64,000 nucleotides of DNA, taken from NCBI GenBank assembly GCA_044892525.1, contig CM097885.1, positions 210,738,001 through 210,802,000 on the forward strand, read 5' to 3'. The notes beneath the pieces were generated by a model that was not told the DNA's origin, searched no databases, and saw nothing but the letters and a program-made list of their open reading frames with translations. Shown here piece after piece: positions 45,111 to 59,200 of this stretch. Each line of letters opens with the position of its first letter. Position 1 is the stretch's first letter. The position numbers were made by a program, and so were the translations under genes. Source of the DNA: Schmidtea polychroa. Its lineage: Eukaryota.

Positions 45111-46789
45111 TCTTCTAAGCCATTGTGTTTGTTATACTGGTGTTCAGAGACGTCTTAAGGTTTTATATAAGTTTGAAGACCCAAAATTTTGAAAACAATT
45201 ATCGAGTAAGATATAAAATATATATTCTGTTGAGACCCACAAACTCCTCCGAGGGCTCCAACAGGTATTGCGTATGTATAATGTCAGAAATATTAATAAA
45301 GTTCTGAAAGTATTTAGGAATGGTAAGAAATATTTTGCTTACGCCACCTAAACTATTAATACGTCTCTTCTTATGAAACAATTGGATTTTAAGTTATACA
45401 ATGGTCATTGTTAAAAAAAACATTGCTGACAAAGTATATACATCAAATAAATCAGTATAGTCTGCTGCATAATATATCAGTAATGGAAAACGTACTATAA
45501 TTGAAGGTCTTTGTGTCAGTTTACGAAAGGTGTCGTTAAAAAATGAAAAAGACATTATTTAAAATTGTTTAGGTCTAATTTATTGTTAAAGAAATAATTT
45601 CTAGGGAGAATCATCACCAACTTATACTGCGTAAAAATCATCCTTGGGGTAGGGTATACGAATAATTGCCTTCTTCAAATATCTATTACTACGAGTTTTC
45701 AATAATTTGGATTAAAGAGAAAGTAGGATTTTGTAATATACTTCCTCAATTGTTTCATTGTTTTATATGTGACATAAGGTGACAGGTATTCCTTAGTGGA
45801 GCATCACATATTAGATAGTCAAAAGGTAGTTGATCATATGATAGCATTGCTATTCATAATGCTATCGGCAAAGATGATCTATCCCGGCGAATAAGAAAGA
45901 TATCATCATCTCTATTATTTTATTTTTTCTTACACGTTTGGAAAAAAATCCGCTTTTTGAAATTTGGAAATAACTTTTCAATAATTTTTATTTTTTTCTA
46001 ATGTTTATTTTTAAAAATATTATAAAATTGTGTCAAAGTTAACCAAAGTTTGAATATAAATATTTTAATATTTTTAATAAGCAATAAAAATTATAATATT
46101 AACCCTTAAATTTACTATGTTGTCATTTCACAAGAAACTGAATCTTATTTCCTTTAAGTATGTAGGGTTGCCAACTCCCACAACCTCGAACCTGGGAGAT
46201 TATAAAATTGCGAACAGTATAACGCTTAAGAAATAATATAACAGGTGTTTTTTCACAATGTTGATGCACTGACTGGAACTCCTTCGAATTGGAGATACAA
46301 ATGAAATACGATTTTAACGAAGTTAGATGAAGATCCTATAAAAATGACAACCGAACTGCACGAAATAAGCCATTTTCGGCGAGATAATTTGAAATATTTA
46401 GTCAAATAAGCAGGGATTACAATTTTTGGGCATGAGTTACGAGAGATTGTAAAGAAACCTGATAAATGTGAAGCTGTTGTTCCTCAAACAGTGCAAACAA
46501 GAAAGGGTTAGCTAACATAGACGATACGTGAAGAAGATTATCCACTGATGTAACAAAAGTCAGCCTGGCAAAACTTTTAACCACTATTGATTGTGGACCT
46601 TCTTGCTTTGCGATTTAGCGAGAAATAAAGAATGAAAATGCAGGTGAAATATGCAAACAACTAGAACAAGTCTTTTTGGAGAGAGGACCACCAAATGAAA
46701 TTTTAGATATTTATTATCAAAAGAAACCACAAAAAAATAAAAGTAGTTGTTACGCGATCACAGTGTCAAATTCAGGAAGCAATTTATTG

Positions 46790-46990
46790 GTACCACAATA
46801 CTCGGTGACCGGTTCCGTTAAATCACCAGCAAATATCATATATGCATACCAGACAAGACTTCAATTTAAGGAAAAAGACAATCTACAGCAAAACGTAGAT
46901 AATTGGTTTAAGGTAAACGATAAAGTGTGGGTAAAACCTTCTCATATGCAGCCATGTACAGTGTCATGAACCAGAGGTAAGATCAATAAG
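46790..46990 (+). mobile_element. Gypsy integrase C-terminal remnant
   Basis: SPANIIYAYQTRL..FKVNDKVWVKP..PCTVS*TRGKI pattern typical of Gypsy IN tails. Confidence 0.55.
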
Positions 46991-47908
46991 TTATCTTTTA
47001 CATTTGTCTCTTGACATTGCATATGCATTTCTATGATCTGTTCATTTTCTATATTCCATATGCATATCTAAACTGCTTAAAAAATTATTCTACATTCGAA
47101 ATTGAGTTGTGGTTCGTTTTTTTATTATTATAAATGTTATTTCTTTATGGTCTGTTCCGAGAATAAACTTCTTTCCGTACAATTAATGTTTGAAATGTAT
47201 AACATAACTCTTCACCATATCTTTTACATTTTTATTAGGTCTACATAACTCGATCAATTTTTTATTTTTATTTTTAAAACTATTATTATTTAAATCATCA
47301 AATTACTATTTAATTTATTACTACTTTGAATCCAGACATTTATTATTATTATTATTCATATTATTTAAATTACTATTATAATTATTATTATATTTATTAA
47401 ATACAAGACTAATTAATTTATTTATTTTTATTACATAAATCACTATTAAGATTATTATTATTTAATTTATACAATTTGTTTCGATATTTTGAAGAAATAT
47501 AATTTCGAATAACCTTATTTTCTGATCGGAATGAGATTGCGGATAAGGTGGAAGGACAGAAGCTATTTTCTGGTTTTTATCACTGAAATCTATCATTAAT
47601 TAAAATTTACATCTTCTATTAAATTTAATTAAATCACTTTGAAACGCTAAATTAACTGGACTAGATTCTCCATAAAAATTCATTTGAATTAAACACTATG
47701 AAAATCTAAATGCTTTTTATAAGGTTAAAATTGCCAGTATTAACGTTACCATATGGACCTGTATTTCTGATCATTTAAAACAATCAGCCAATAATAATCG
47801 TTTCAAAATTCATTTAATAGGAAATTAAACAAAAAATAACTAAAGTTTTATAAATTAATAATATAATATTTATAATTAAAATATTCAACATTTAAAAGTC
47901 GATGTTAA

Positions 47909-48140
47909 CACTAGAACTACCAAAGAAATTATTCATTTTGACTGGTGTTGATATAACTGTCCAAAGTAAAAAGAACTTTTTCTATAATTAAACAAACACC
48001 AAATTAAAATTCATTATAAAAATAAACATATATATATCACTAGAAAACTCATAACATAATTCATTAAAAAAATAAAAAATTTATGAATTAATGATAAAAA
48101 GTAAAATCAGTCATGTTGACTGGTTTTGTTAGTTCTAGTG
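47909..48140. mobile_element. piggyBac-like MITE candidate
   Basis: TTAA-CACTAGAACTA ... TAGTTCTAGTG with ttgactgg subterminal motifs; right flank is TTTT, not TTAA. Confidence 0.45.
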
Positions 48141-49131
48141 TTTTTAAATTAAAACATAAATTATTTGTTTATTTATCAATTTAAGATAAAAGAAGCATAC
48201 GAGTCTTAAGAGGAGACGAGGGATAGTGAGCGAATTGTATGGGTAGACTACACTATATTATTATCATCTAATGGGAAACCACACCAAATTATGAATATTT
48301 TATAAAAAGGTAAATAAAAATATAAATAAAAAATACTTCAAGTACCGTACTTGTTAGTACCAAATTATTACAATATTTCATTAAATAAAATGACAAATAT
48401 TTTATTTCAAAATTCAAAAAAAAAGATATTTAAAAAGTTATTAAATTTTCAAATACTTAAAAATATTGAAACAATTTATAATATTTAACAGAACTATTTT
48501 TAATTGAATCATTAAAAGGTTATATCAGTAAAAATGTACATCAGTACAGTAGACGTATGATAACTGTTTGCGCAGTAGCTTACAATAAATAGTAATAGGG
48601 AACTACGAGTTGACTGTGTTATAGTCTTTCATTATGTAGATGCCTTGGTCGGTAGTACAATTGGAGAAAAAAAATTATAATATATTCATACAGTATGAAT
48701 CATACTGTTAGTATTTTTTTCAAAAATAATAAAAAAATGAAATGTAATAATTTTTATTATGGATCAGTGTTTACAAACTGTACAATTATGTTCTAAAAGT
48801 TTGAATACGACGAATTACAAGATGATAAAAAAAGGATAAAAACAAATCGGATATTACATTATTAATGGATTTTTTTTAGAAACGTATCTCGAATATCAAA
48901 ATCGGAAGTAAATTGCCTTAAATATGGAATGATTCTCAGTGGGAAATTTTCAAGTCAAATATACGTGGCTCATGAGTTCAAATTGTAAACTTGAATGTCA
49001 TTTTTGTTCCACAGTAAAAACTTATCTGTTACAAAAAACAAAGATTGCATTTTTGTGATGAGTGAAGGAGCGGGAAAAGATCGTGCTAGTTAATTGTCTA
49101 ACTTGCGGCTAAAAAAAACATTGATTCGGAG

Positions 49132-49849
49132 CAGTGGCGTACCAAGGATTTCTGGGGCCCTTGTGCAGATTTTGGGACTCACAAAATATTTGTCGAACGA
49201 AGTGATCCGAGGAACCAAACCATAGGCAGGCTTGGGGGAAGGTGATTAGCAACTCTCTGAGTAAATTTGCGCATTTTAGCGGCCTTCTGTTCTCGTTCCT
49301 CACGTGCTCGTCGCTTAGCAGCCCCACTTAAATATGACTTAGACATAGTTAAGGGTGTGCAGCTAATGCAATTATATAATATCCAACTAATTATACAATT
49401 ATTGTAAATTGATATACAATAAGCAATATTATTTTTATCCTTTTTACCGCATAGTAAATATCAACAAAACTCTATGACCTCTGCCATGATGTCGTTATAC
49501 CGCCATTTTGAATTGAGTAGGCAAGTAAATTGGATTTGACGTTTGTTTAATAAACAAGTCCTCATCAAATAAAAAAAACCAACGTCAAGTAAAGCAAATA
49601 ATTTAATAGATGAATGGGTGTGACATATGTGGTTTACAACTCATCCAATATAGATTCCTAATAATATTAAATGTATAAACCGTCCAAACTGTGGTTGCTG
49701 TCTTAATAAAAACAAAACAAACGCCAAAGCGATGCTTGGTTTGATGACAATCGGGGAATTTATAATGCTCGAACGTATAAATTTTACTAATTTTTCGTCC
49801 TGGGCCCTTGTGCCGTGCACAACCAGCACAACCTATTGCTACGCCACTG
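49132..49849. mobile_element. hAT-type MITE (family copy 2)
   Basis: Same TIRs and most of the interior as 43089-43691; TSD ATTCGGAG/ATTTGGAG (7/8). Confidence 0.9.
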
Positions 49850-49999
49850 ATTTGGAGAGTCATAAAATCCCTCAAAATTTGTTAGAAGAATGTCAAAAAA
49901 ACGCTTTAGGAATGCTTGAATACAGTTTTCATTGCAGAAGAAGAACCAGCCATCAAAGTATTCATGGCTGCATATTATTTAGGATAAAATAACAGACCT

Positions 50000-50290
50000 T
50001 TTATAGATCATGAAGAACTTGTTCGATTACAGGAGATAAGTAGCATAAATATATGTTCAATTCTACATTCTCGAAATCCCGCAAAAATATCATTAATCAT
50101 GTAGCGAGCTAGATTCTCAAAATGAAGAACATATCAAGAAGACACTATTAGAGATCCTAAAAATGCATGATTTCCACGAGGAATACTTAATAAATTATTG
50201 GATTACAATTGCTACTGATGGAGCAATGAAGGAGAATATTCTGGCGTGGTAACCCGATTTTAACAAAGATACTCGAATCTTTTCACTTGG
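50000..50290 (+). mobile_element. hAT transposase remnant
   Basis: IATDGAM(fs)GEYSGVVTRF matches the hAT xDGAxxMxGxxxGV motif; otherwise decayed. Confidence 0.5.
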
Positions 50291-50466
50291 GATTTTTAAT
50301 AGATAGACTCGAATTCATAGACTCGAATTATCTATATATTATAATGTAAAAGATGTGGTGTAAATAGGCTTGCCAACTCTATTAACACTATTAATAATAT
50401 CACCAAATTTTCTGCCTACTTCAAATAATCCAAATAAATTAGATATTGAAAAATAATCATCAAAAT

Positions 50467-50867
50467 GAGGGGTCTGAAACTCAAACTGACCTGCGGGCCG
50501 CAACTAAATTTTTTTTGAAAATAAATACTCGAGAATGTATCAAAATTGCAATTTATTAGAAATAGTTTAGAAACAGCAATTGTTTGCAGGCAAATAAGGC
50601 ATTGTAATTTATCGTTGTTTTACCTCCGTGAAAAAATATAAAATCTCCCATTTCTCTTGAAAAATTCTTTTTTCTTCCAGAATTGTTCGTTTTTTTTGCT
50701 CCAGATATCATTTTTTATAAATTGTATTTTATGTTATAATATGAATGTTTTGTTGTTGATTAAATTTATAGATTCATTAAGAATTCAAAAATTACATTTT
50801 TGTTAAATGTTTGGTGTTGTTGAGGGCCGCAGAATACAAATTTGCGGGCCGCGTGTTTGAAACCCTG
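50467..50867. mobile_element. hAT (Charlie-type) MITE
   Basis: gAGGGGTCTGAAACTC / GTTTGAAACCCTG ends with gcgggccgc subterminal motifs. Confidence 0.7.
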
Positions 50868-51207
50868 ATTCAAATGTTATGATTATTTATCCACAAAAAT
50901 ATATTGTCACCTAAAATTTCCAAAAATAATATATGAATCAATAAATCTTTTATTAGCAATACATATTTTATTAAACAGTTTTATAAAAAGATTAGTAAAA
51001 ATATTAATTCGTCACTATAATTTCGATGCACTTTTACAGGAGGATTAAATTGTTAGAATTCATTCCAGTTACTTTTTCGGAAATAATTTCCTTAAGGATT
51101 TTTTCTGGCAAAATTCTCTACATAAAAATATAAAAAAATACATTCAGATCAAAGATAAACCAAGCTTCATTTTAAGACACCTTTAAAATACCAAAGGGTG
51201 ATGTAGA

Positions 51208-51750
51208 GCAGGGCTGGCCAACAAGTCAATCGTCGATCTCTCGCAATTTGTGTTAGGGATATTTAAATAATTAATTTATAAATAAAATATATAATGTATT
51301 ATAAGTATCGAATACTATTATATAGTAAAAGTATAATAAGTATAAATGCTGGCAATCATAATTATCATAATTATTAAATTAATTAATTCGCCATTAAAAT
51401 CGGTTGTTTTAATAATACCAGATTTAGGCAACAATTTGTTTTTCAATATATTTTTAGAAAAGTAATCTTTTATTATTAACAATTCGCATTCTAGTTTACC
51501 CATGAATATGAGTAGTAAACTGAAGAAATCTAAAACTTATCACTTCAATGAAGAGTGGGAGCTCGATTACTTTTTTACAATGGTGAATGATAAATGCTGT
51601 GGTAACAATGGTAATCTGGAGAGACATTTTTTAGCTTTACATAACAAGTATCAAACTGATTATCCATCAAATTCAGAACTGAAAAAAAATAAAGTTAAGG
51701 ATCTTAAAACTCGATTAGCAGATCAACAAAGTGTTTTTAAATTGTAGAGT
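51208..51750 (+). mobile_element. Buster/SPIN (GTF2IRD2-like) hAT 5' fragment
   Basis: CAGGGCTGGCCAAC end; ORF 51502-51747 YHFNEEWELDYFF..KC..NLERHF..H..LK..L..QQ..F is an internally deleted BED-finger region. Confidence 0.7.
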
Positions 51751-52826
51751 AATATAAATTCTAAATAAAATGGAAATGTTTTCCAAATGTTTTAATTTTA
51801 AACGCTAATCAAAATGTCCAAGAATTTCAACTGAATTTACAGAATAATTTATTCAAACTTGCCAATTATTCTTTGGATTGAGATCATTTTGACATCGGTC
51901 ATCACGTAAGATTTGTTATTTAAAATGAAACAAATAATTTTCAATTTTAATAAATATTTAGTGCTATATTGATAGACAGTCAATTCTTTGCTATGTCATG
52001 GATTTGTAAAATATTTCTAATTGCTCAGCTTCACCACAAACTTAAGGGTATAAAGATCAGTTGTACTGTAATGGACATTAATTTTATTATAGTCACTGAT
52101 TTACAAATAAAAATTATAATTTTTAGAAAGTTTAACAAAAGACATACCTTGGAGATGTTAAAATCGGATCAAAAAAATTGTTTGGTTTCTCAGTGATTAG
52201 GGAAATTATATTTGCACAATACGTGAATCTGGTTGATGCAAACGTGGTTAGCTACAATGGGAATACATTATTCTTCATTCTTAAAATCTGTTAATCATTA
52301 TATGAGACATTTGCAAGTTGTCCTTACACGAAAGATTTTTCAGTAGAATGCTGGGTCATTTGTTAGTATTGACATAGAAAACTTTAAACTTTTTAACATT
52401 GGTACCAAGCTTCTCAAACTTTACTTGTCATATAAAAAATTACATAGCATTTTTATCAAGAAAAGTACTTTTGTCAAGAAATTAAAGTTCATCATAAGAT
52501 AGCAGCAATTTACCTTTATATTCCAACTATACNNNNNNNNNNNNNNNNNNNNNNNNNNNNNNNNNNNNNNNNNNNNNNNNNNNNNNNNNNNNNNNNNNNN
52601 NNNNNNNNNNNNNNNNNNNNNNNNNNNNNNNNNNNNNNNNNNNNNNNNNNNNNNNNNNNNNNNNNNNNNNNNNNNNNNNNNNNNNNNNNNNNNNNNAAAT
52701 TTGGCCCCCAAAAGCAACTTCGAGATTTTTTTAATTAAATTTTAATGTATTTTTTAAATTATTTTTTTTAAATGAATGAATTAGAATAAAATTCTTTATT
52801 TTGATTCTGTTTACTATTTTATAAAT

Positions 52827-52852
52827 CGTGCAACGCAGGGTACCCCAGCTAG
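52827..52852 (+). mobile_element. Helitron 3' terminus candidate
   Basis: CGTGCAACGCAGGGTACCCCAGCTAG|T resembles the GC-rich hairpin + CTAG end of non-autonomous Helitrons; 5' end not identified (N run upstream). Confidence 0.5.
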
Positions 52853-53433
52853 TTCTTTATATTTGAATGTCAATTTTACAAAACCATATATTTTTTACAT
52901 TATTATTTGAATTTTTATATTTTGGAAAATGAAAAATTTATTATATATTAATATTTGATAGCATGATTGAATTTAATTTTCTATCTATTTGTCTATTTGT
53001 CTATAATAAAAATGTTGATTTGGAAATGATATTTTCAACACTCATGCAAATTTTTGTTTTTTCGTTAAGTATAACATTATATTAATATTTTTCTAAATTA
53101 TTGAAAATATTAACTGTTGAAAAAGATTGCATAAAAAATCCATAAAAATGTCACATCAATATAATGTACAAATTGTCTGCTTGCAACTGATTCAATTTAG
53201 ATTTATGGAATTCTGTTTATCAAAAGTCGACTCTTGATATTTGTAATGTAAATTCTCAGCTTGGCAATTCTTGGTTTTCAACTTTAGCCGTTCACTTGTT
53301 GAAGTCATTCAATTAATTTGTAGCCGTTATATTAATAAATAAATAATAATAATCAACATAAACATCGCTAGTATATAAGGACTGATAAAAATAGTATAAA
53401 CAATATATATAAGCAAATCGAAACAATTCAAGA

Positions 53434-54702
53434 ATGATATCTTTTTCGGCTAGATATTTTCTCATCCTCTTTTTGCATCAAATCTATGAAATCGCTTGGG
53501 CCAACGAAATGAATATTGAAAATTTATTAATTTCCCATATGAAGAAAATTATTTATAGAAGTTCAATAAAGCCCTTTGAAACTGTAGGCAGTTCTCAAAA
53601 TGAGAAACATCAGTTATTAAAAGTACGTGCCCATTTAGTAATCCATGAATTTGGGAAACTGAGCGAGACGGAGAATGAATTTGCAGTCAGTCTAACATTA
53701 ACACAGAAATGGACTGATCAGCGGTTGGTCTTAAATCAATCATTTGAGTTTCTCTCTTTGACTTATTCTAAATCCAAGATATGGATCCCTGATTTGTATT
53801 TTTACAACTTGAAATCATACTTAACCACCCCTCAGACATCTTTACTCATTTGGCTCTATCCAAATGGAACTCTGATATACAGCTCATCGATGAATATAAA
53901 ACTATTTTGCCACATGAATCTTTGGAAATTTCCTCTTGATACACAAACTTGTTCAATGGAACTCGGAAGTTATGGATATCCTTCCGAAGACATAAAACTA
54001 GAATGGTGGCATGATATTTCAAAAGTCGATGAAAATGTTAATTTGGAACATGTTTTCAACACCGATTTTCATGAGCCAACCGTTAGCCTGGACAGTCATG
54101 ACTTTTGTCCCAAATTCAATGGAAACTTTTCAATATTAATTGTTAAATTTGTTTTCAAAAGAAATTTCATTTATCATTTCATTTATACCTTTTTACCTTC
54201 AACCTTGATTGTCTGTGTCAGTTGGGTATCATTCTTCATTGATTACAAGGCGGCTCCTGCTCGAGTTCCATTTTGTCTGTTGACTTTGCTTACAATCATG
54301 ACCCAATGGTCAAATATCAATTCAACCCTTCCACGTCTGTCATATTTAAAATCAATTGATATCTGGATGTTTATTTGTTTATCTTTTATTATTTTATCCT
54401 TGTTTGAATATGCTTTAGTTAATCAAATGGCAGTGAAGCAAGAGCAAAACAAAATACAAAATCAAATTCAAACGGTTCTGAAAACAGAATTTCAACATTT
54501 ATCTGAATCCATTAATTTCAATTTAATTAATTCTCCAAATTATGTTCCATATGAAGAGCATGAAAATGTACTTCATAAACAAACTACCAAAATTGTTTAC
54601 TTTAAACCGGGAGATATCGATAAAATGTCTTCTTATGTTTTCCCAATAATGTTTGTTATAGTAAACATAATTTTTTGGAGTGTCTTTTATCATATTAAAT
54701 AA
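53434..54702 (+). CDS. Intronless Cys-loop ligand-gated anion channel subunit (GluCl/GlyR-like superfamily)
   Basis: Signal peptide, IWIPDLYFYN loop A, Cys-loop CHMNLWKFPLDTQTC, M1-M4, PAR anion-selectivity motif; TATA-like tatataag at ~53371 and aataaa after the stop. Confidence 0.93.
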   Translation: MISFSARYFLILFLHQIYEIAWANEMNIENLLISHMKKIIYRSSIKPFETVGSSQNEKHQLLKVRAHLVIHEFGKLSETENEFAVSLTLTQKWTDQRLVLNQSFEFLSLTYSKSKIWIPDLYFYNLKSYLTTPQTSLLIWLYPNGTLIYSSSMNIKLFCHMNLWKFPLDTQTCSMELGSYGYPSEDIKLEWWHDISKVDENVNLEHVFNTDFHEPTVSLDSHDFCPKFNGNFSILIVKFVFKRNFIYHFIYTFLPSTLIVCVSWVSFFIDYKAAPARVPFCLLTLLTIMTQWSNINSTLPRLSYLKSIDIWMFICLSFIILSLFEYALVNQMAVKQEQNKIQNQIQTVLKTEFQHLSESINFNLINSPNYVPYEEHENVLHKQTTKIVYFKPGDIDKMSSYVFPIMFVIVNIIFWSVFYHIK

Positions 54703-56232
54703 ATAATAATAATTGAAGATGAGAAATCATTNNNNNNNNNNNNNNNNNNNNNNNNNNNNNNNNNNNNNNNNNNNNNNNNNNNNNNNNNNNNNNNNNNNNN
54801 NNNNNNNNNNNNNNNNNNNNNNNNNNNNNNNNNNNNNNNNNNNNNNNNNNNNNNNNNNNNNNNNNNNNNNNNNNNNNNNNNNNNNNNNNATTATAAAAAA
54901 TTGTATGTTGTGATAACAGATTTAAATTTCATTACTGAATAATTATATTTTGCAGAATTTTGTTTTACAATTGTTGTAAACCTAATAAGTATTTTTAGCA
55001 TTTTCTAAGTGCTACGAAAGATATTATATTGTTAGGTTAGGGTTAGGTTAGGGTTTGAGAGTGAGGGTCATTTATAACGACTTTATGGATCGTATGAAAA
55101 ATTCAAAAGAATTCCACGAATTTAAAGAACGAAATTTGTATTCAAAATCAATAAATTTCATAATTTTGAAGATCTTTTGTAATGTAATTTACAACTTTTA
55201 AAATAATTGCTTGATATTCCACAATTGCAGGATATCAATATAAATAGCGTTAAGCTTCATGTATTTCGATTTAGAATAAATTATCATCTTGTTTTATTTA
55301 TTAGAAATCTGGGATAACAAAGGTACCTTTGATCAAATCCACAAATTCAAGTTTTCAAACAAAGGGTTCACCACAAGGCAACATGCAACCATGTCAGTAT
55401 GGAAACGAAAATCTGCAAACTTGACAGGGATGGCACCAAAATGTCAAACTGTAATAAATTAATTAAATTTTTAATTTTTTCCAGACTTGTTGTGAACAAG
55501 TAAGCGATGGTCATAAACTGAATATTGGAGTGAGTTAATATCAATGAAGCCATATATAAGGGGTAATAAAATTAACCTAAATTCCCATCGCTTGCCATTA
55601 TGGTCGAAGCAAAAAATTGCAGAAAGGGAGCCAGAGAATAATAGCACTTGTATTAAAATGATTATTAGTTTATAAAATGAAAGTGTTGACAAATTTATAC
55701 TTGTTTATATTTGATCAAATTTGCAAATAGTTTGTAGAGGTCCCCTCTATGGATCACCCTCATATGTGCCGAAATATTGACTGCAAAATGTAGGTTTATG
55801 TTGAAATTGTAATCAATTTTAGTTGAAGGATGGAAAACTGGTTGTTTTATTATTGATAAATAAACCAATTGTGTTGAGTCTTGTTGTTTTGATATAGGGA
55901 CCACATGAGGTCAGAACATAATTTATTGTTTGTCGAAATTATTATTGAAGCACCTGATTTGGAATATCCCAAATATTTATCATTTTTTGTATGAATAATG
56001 GGAAATCATTTTAAGTCAAATTGGACCTTAAATATAAAAATAAAATTTCTTTCCATTCGGATATCCCATGACTCTAAATATTTTATATGGTATTATAAAG
56101 AATTGGCGTGAGCAGAAAATGAAATTCCAATTCAAATAAAAATGAGGGGAATCCAACTCCATCCAAATATCCCATGAAAAGCGATGTATTTTATGAAGAA
56201 TCACAAATCTATCTTTATTAGTAATTCTTTAT

Positions 56233-59200
56233 TCATTTATTTCCCTCTAGATTTTCATATTCACTTGATAGAAGTTTCAGTTTCTTCAATGCATCAGCGA
56301 ATTCTTCTTCTTGTAAACCTTCTTCTGTATACCAATGTAGGAAAGCTTTTTGACTAAGCATGCTTTCGAATTTCTCTGCTAAAAGTGAAAAAGAATCTTT
56401 AATAGATGTAGTATTTCCTATAAAAGTAGAACACATGCAACATCCAGGGGGAGCAATGTCGCATACAGCAGTAGAAATATTGCTGGGTAACCAGTCGACG
56501 AAGTTATCAGCCATTTCAGTTTGTATTTGCATCATTTCTTCTTCGATTTCCTAAGTGTAATAGTTTTAAAATATGTATTAGTATAAGGGGAAACCTTTGT
56601 ACTAATTAATCCCCTGAAGAGAACTGCTGTTGACAAGTATCGACCTTTATTAGTATCACAAGAGGCCATTAAGTTTTGCGGTTGAAATAATTGTTGTAAT
56701 AACGTAGATACGCTTCTCACAATGTGCTCAGAATTAACTTGAGGGTTAAGTGGTGCATAACTCGTCACAAGAAAGTGCAACATTGGAAAGGGTATCATAT
56801 TTACTGATAATTTCCGTAAGTCTGCATTTAACTGTCCAGGAAATCTCAGGCAAGTGGTAATACCGGACATGCTGGCACATACTAATTGATTCAAATCTCC
56901 ATATGTTGGCTCTGAAACTTTCATTGTTTCAGAACAGATATTACATAATGCTTCATTGTCAATAACAAATGTCAAATCGCTATTCTCCATTAATTGTTGT
57001 ACAGACAAAGTTGCGTTGTAGGGTTCCACGACAACATCGGAAACCTTTTCTGATGGAAATATTGAAAAGTTACACATTATTTTATCACTGAAGTTTTCTT
57101 TAATTTTGTTTGTCAATAAGCTGCCTAGTCCAGAACCAGTACCACCTCCTAGCGAATGGATCATTTGAAACCCCTAAAATAATTTAAATTCTTTTCCAAA
57201 CATTTTATTAAATCGAAATAATACACTATTATAATATATATTATTATATCTGAAAAAATCTTACGAAGGTCCAAAACATTTTCAAAAATAACCCGGGTTG
57301 AACACAGTGCATTGATGAGTACTGGTGATGCACATTCGATGTCTAATGAACGATTTCAAATGTTTATCCGAAATAATACTTTGAAAGGACTATAGACCCA
57401 ATTCCTTATTCACAGATGATATGATGACATGTATGATACCGCCATTAAACAAAGATTTTGAAAGTGTTGGGGTTGTAAAATTAAATTCTCTTGTTTTTAT
57501 TTCTAGGAAAATGAAATATCTTGGGAGCAGTCACAAGTGATATAATGAAAAACTGAAAGAATGCGAAATTACAGAAAATCAATAAACTATCAAATTTGAA
57601 TTTGAAGATCTAACAAAGTATAGATTAAACGGGGAAAATATCATCGAGATAAGGAATTTATCAGAATACATTTAGAAAGGGTCGAAAAGCAAGGTAATGG
57701 AAAAAAAAGGAAATTGTTAATTAATACCAAAAAGTTCAAATAGGTAAACAACTAGAAAAGCAAACAAATGATAAATCGAAAAACCATTATCAAGACGGGA
57801 TGATTAATGGGAAGACGTGGGAAAAGATTATCATAGTAAAGATGCACAGTAGGGTAATTAATTATATTGTTACACGAAGAGAACATGAAAGAAAGCTGCA
57901 GAGAAAGGACTGTCAAATAGAGACGATTATTTGATATGATTAATTGAAAATCATTAATCAAATGGGTTCCACCACTATATAGGACAAGTTGAAATTACCA
58001 CTGCTTCAGGTTGTGACGAAAAAGTCAAGATTAGGATTTGAGGAGATATATCGATTTATTTTGTAAGTAGGGCAAACGAAGGATTAAGAGAAGTTAATAG
58101 ATCAATTAAGGTTGAATCAAGATAAGATTTTTGAAGGTGATTATTGTATTAACAAGAAAGGAATCCAACTAGTCGAATAAATAACGTATATTATTTCTTG
58201 CTGCAACAATTTAGGTGTGATTTTGTGATATATATAATTGTAAATGTTACAAATATAAGTTGGGAGAGTTGTGTCTTATTTTATAGAACACAATTAGTCA
58301 GAACAACTAACTAGTTTTATCTATTCAATTTAAACCAAACGAAAGTGTAATAAATGTGGTAAAATTTATAAGCATTCAAGTAGTTAAAACAAGGTTTTTC
58401 AAAGGATTGTATATTTATTTGAAATCTGAAAATATGTCCCATGTTTCAATTATTGCAAAAAGTATATTTGTGGTAGAAAGAAAATCATGAATAGCAACAT
58501 ATTCTTTAGTGAACTTTTATGCATGAGTGAAATTTATGAAAAGTTAAACGCATTGAATCTTGCCATGCAGAGGCAGCATGTACATTTTGAAAATTAGCGA
58601 GAAGATTTCGATTTTCAGAAAGAAATTATAATAATAAAGAAGACAACTATTGGTTTCCATATCGCCACATTTTGTGGTCTCTAATGAAGTTGATTTCTTT
58701 TGTAAAAAAAAACCTGTATTTGAAAATTACAAATTACAAATTTTCAATTTTTTTGAAAAATACTTCAAAAGACGTATATTCAAGACCGATTCAGAGCCAA
58801 TGCTGAATTTAAGTAGTCGCTGTAATAAAAAGAGAATACCATGAGAAAATCAACGTGTAACGGGCAAGGATGGTGGATATTTTCAGTTTGATTCATAGAT
58901 TGTAAAGATGTGTAAGGAAAAATATGTTTACCTGCCTAAGGAGTTCCAAAACTACTACATAAACATAATATAGTTTAAATGTTATAAGTGTGATTAGTTA
59001 GTTGAAATAATTATTTATGTTAAATTTGTATATTAAAATCGATATTAAATTATATCATATCATATAAAATTATAATATTAAATTAAAGCAATTTTATTTA
59101 TGACGAATAGATACATCAACATTAATTTATTAGTAGTTTAAATTTTCAGAATAACGAGAGAATTAAAAATTGTAAATAATAAATAAATGTTGGAAGACTT

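Noticed and set aside
45600-45680. GDDS word on the minus strand suggesting a viral RdRP
   Set aside because: Flanked by stops with no other polymerase motifs; chance match.
2461-54889. Short N runs and the ORFs that span them
   Set aside because: Unknown sequence; ORFs containing X are artefacts. Two of the runs hide the outer LTR ends, so no TSD can be called.
55032-55054. TTAGG/TTAGGG telomere-like run
   Set aside because: Only four mixed units; too short to call an interstitial telomere or to infer the host taxon.
55330-55920. Several short minus-strand ORFs between the channel and tubulin genes
   Set aside because: No recognisable family or consistent frame.
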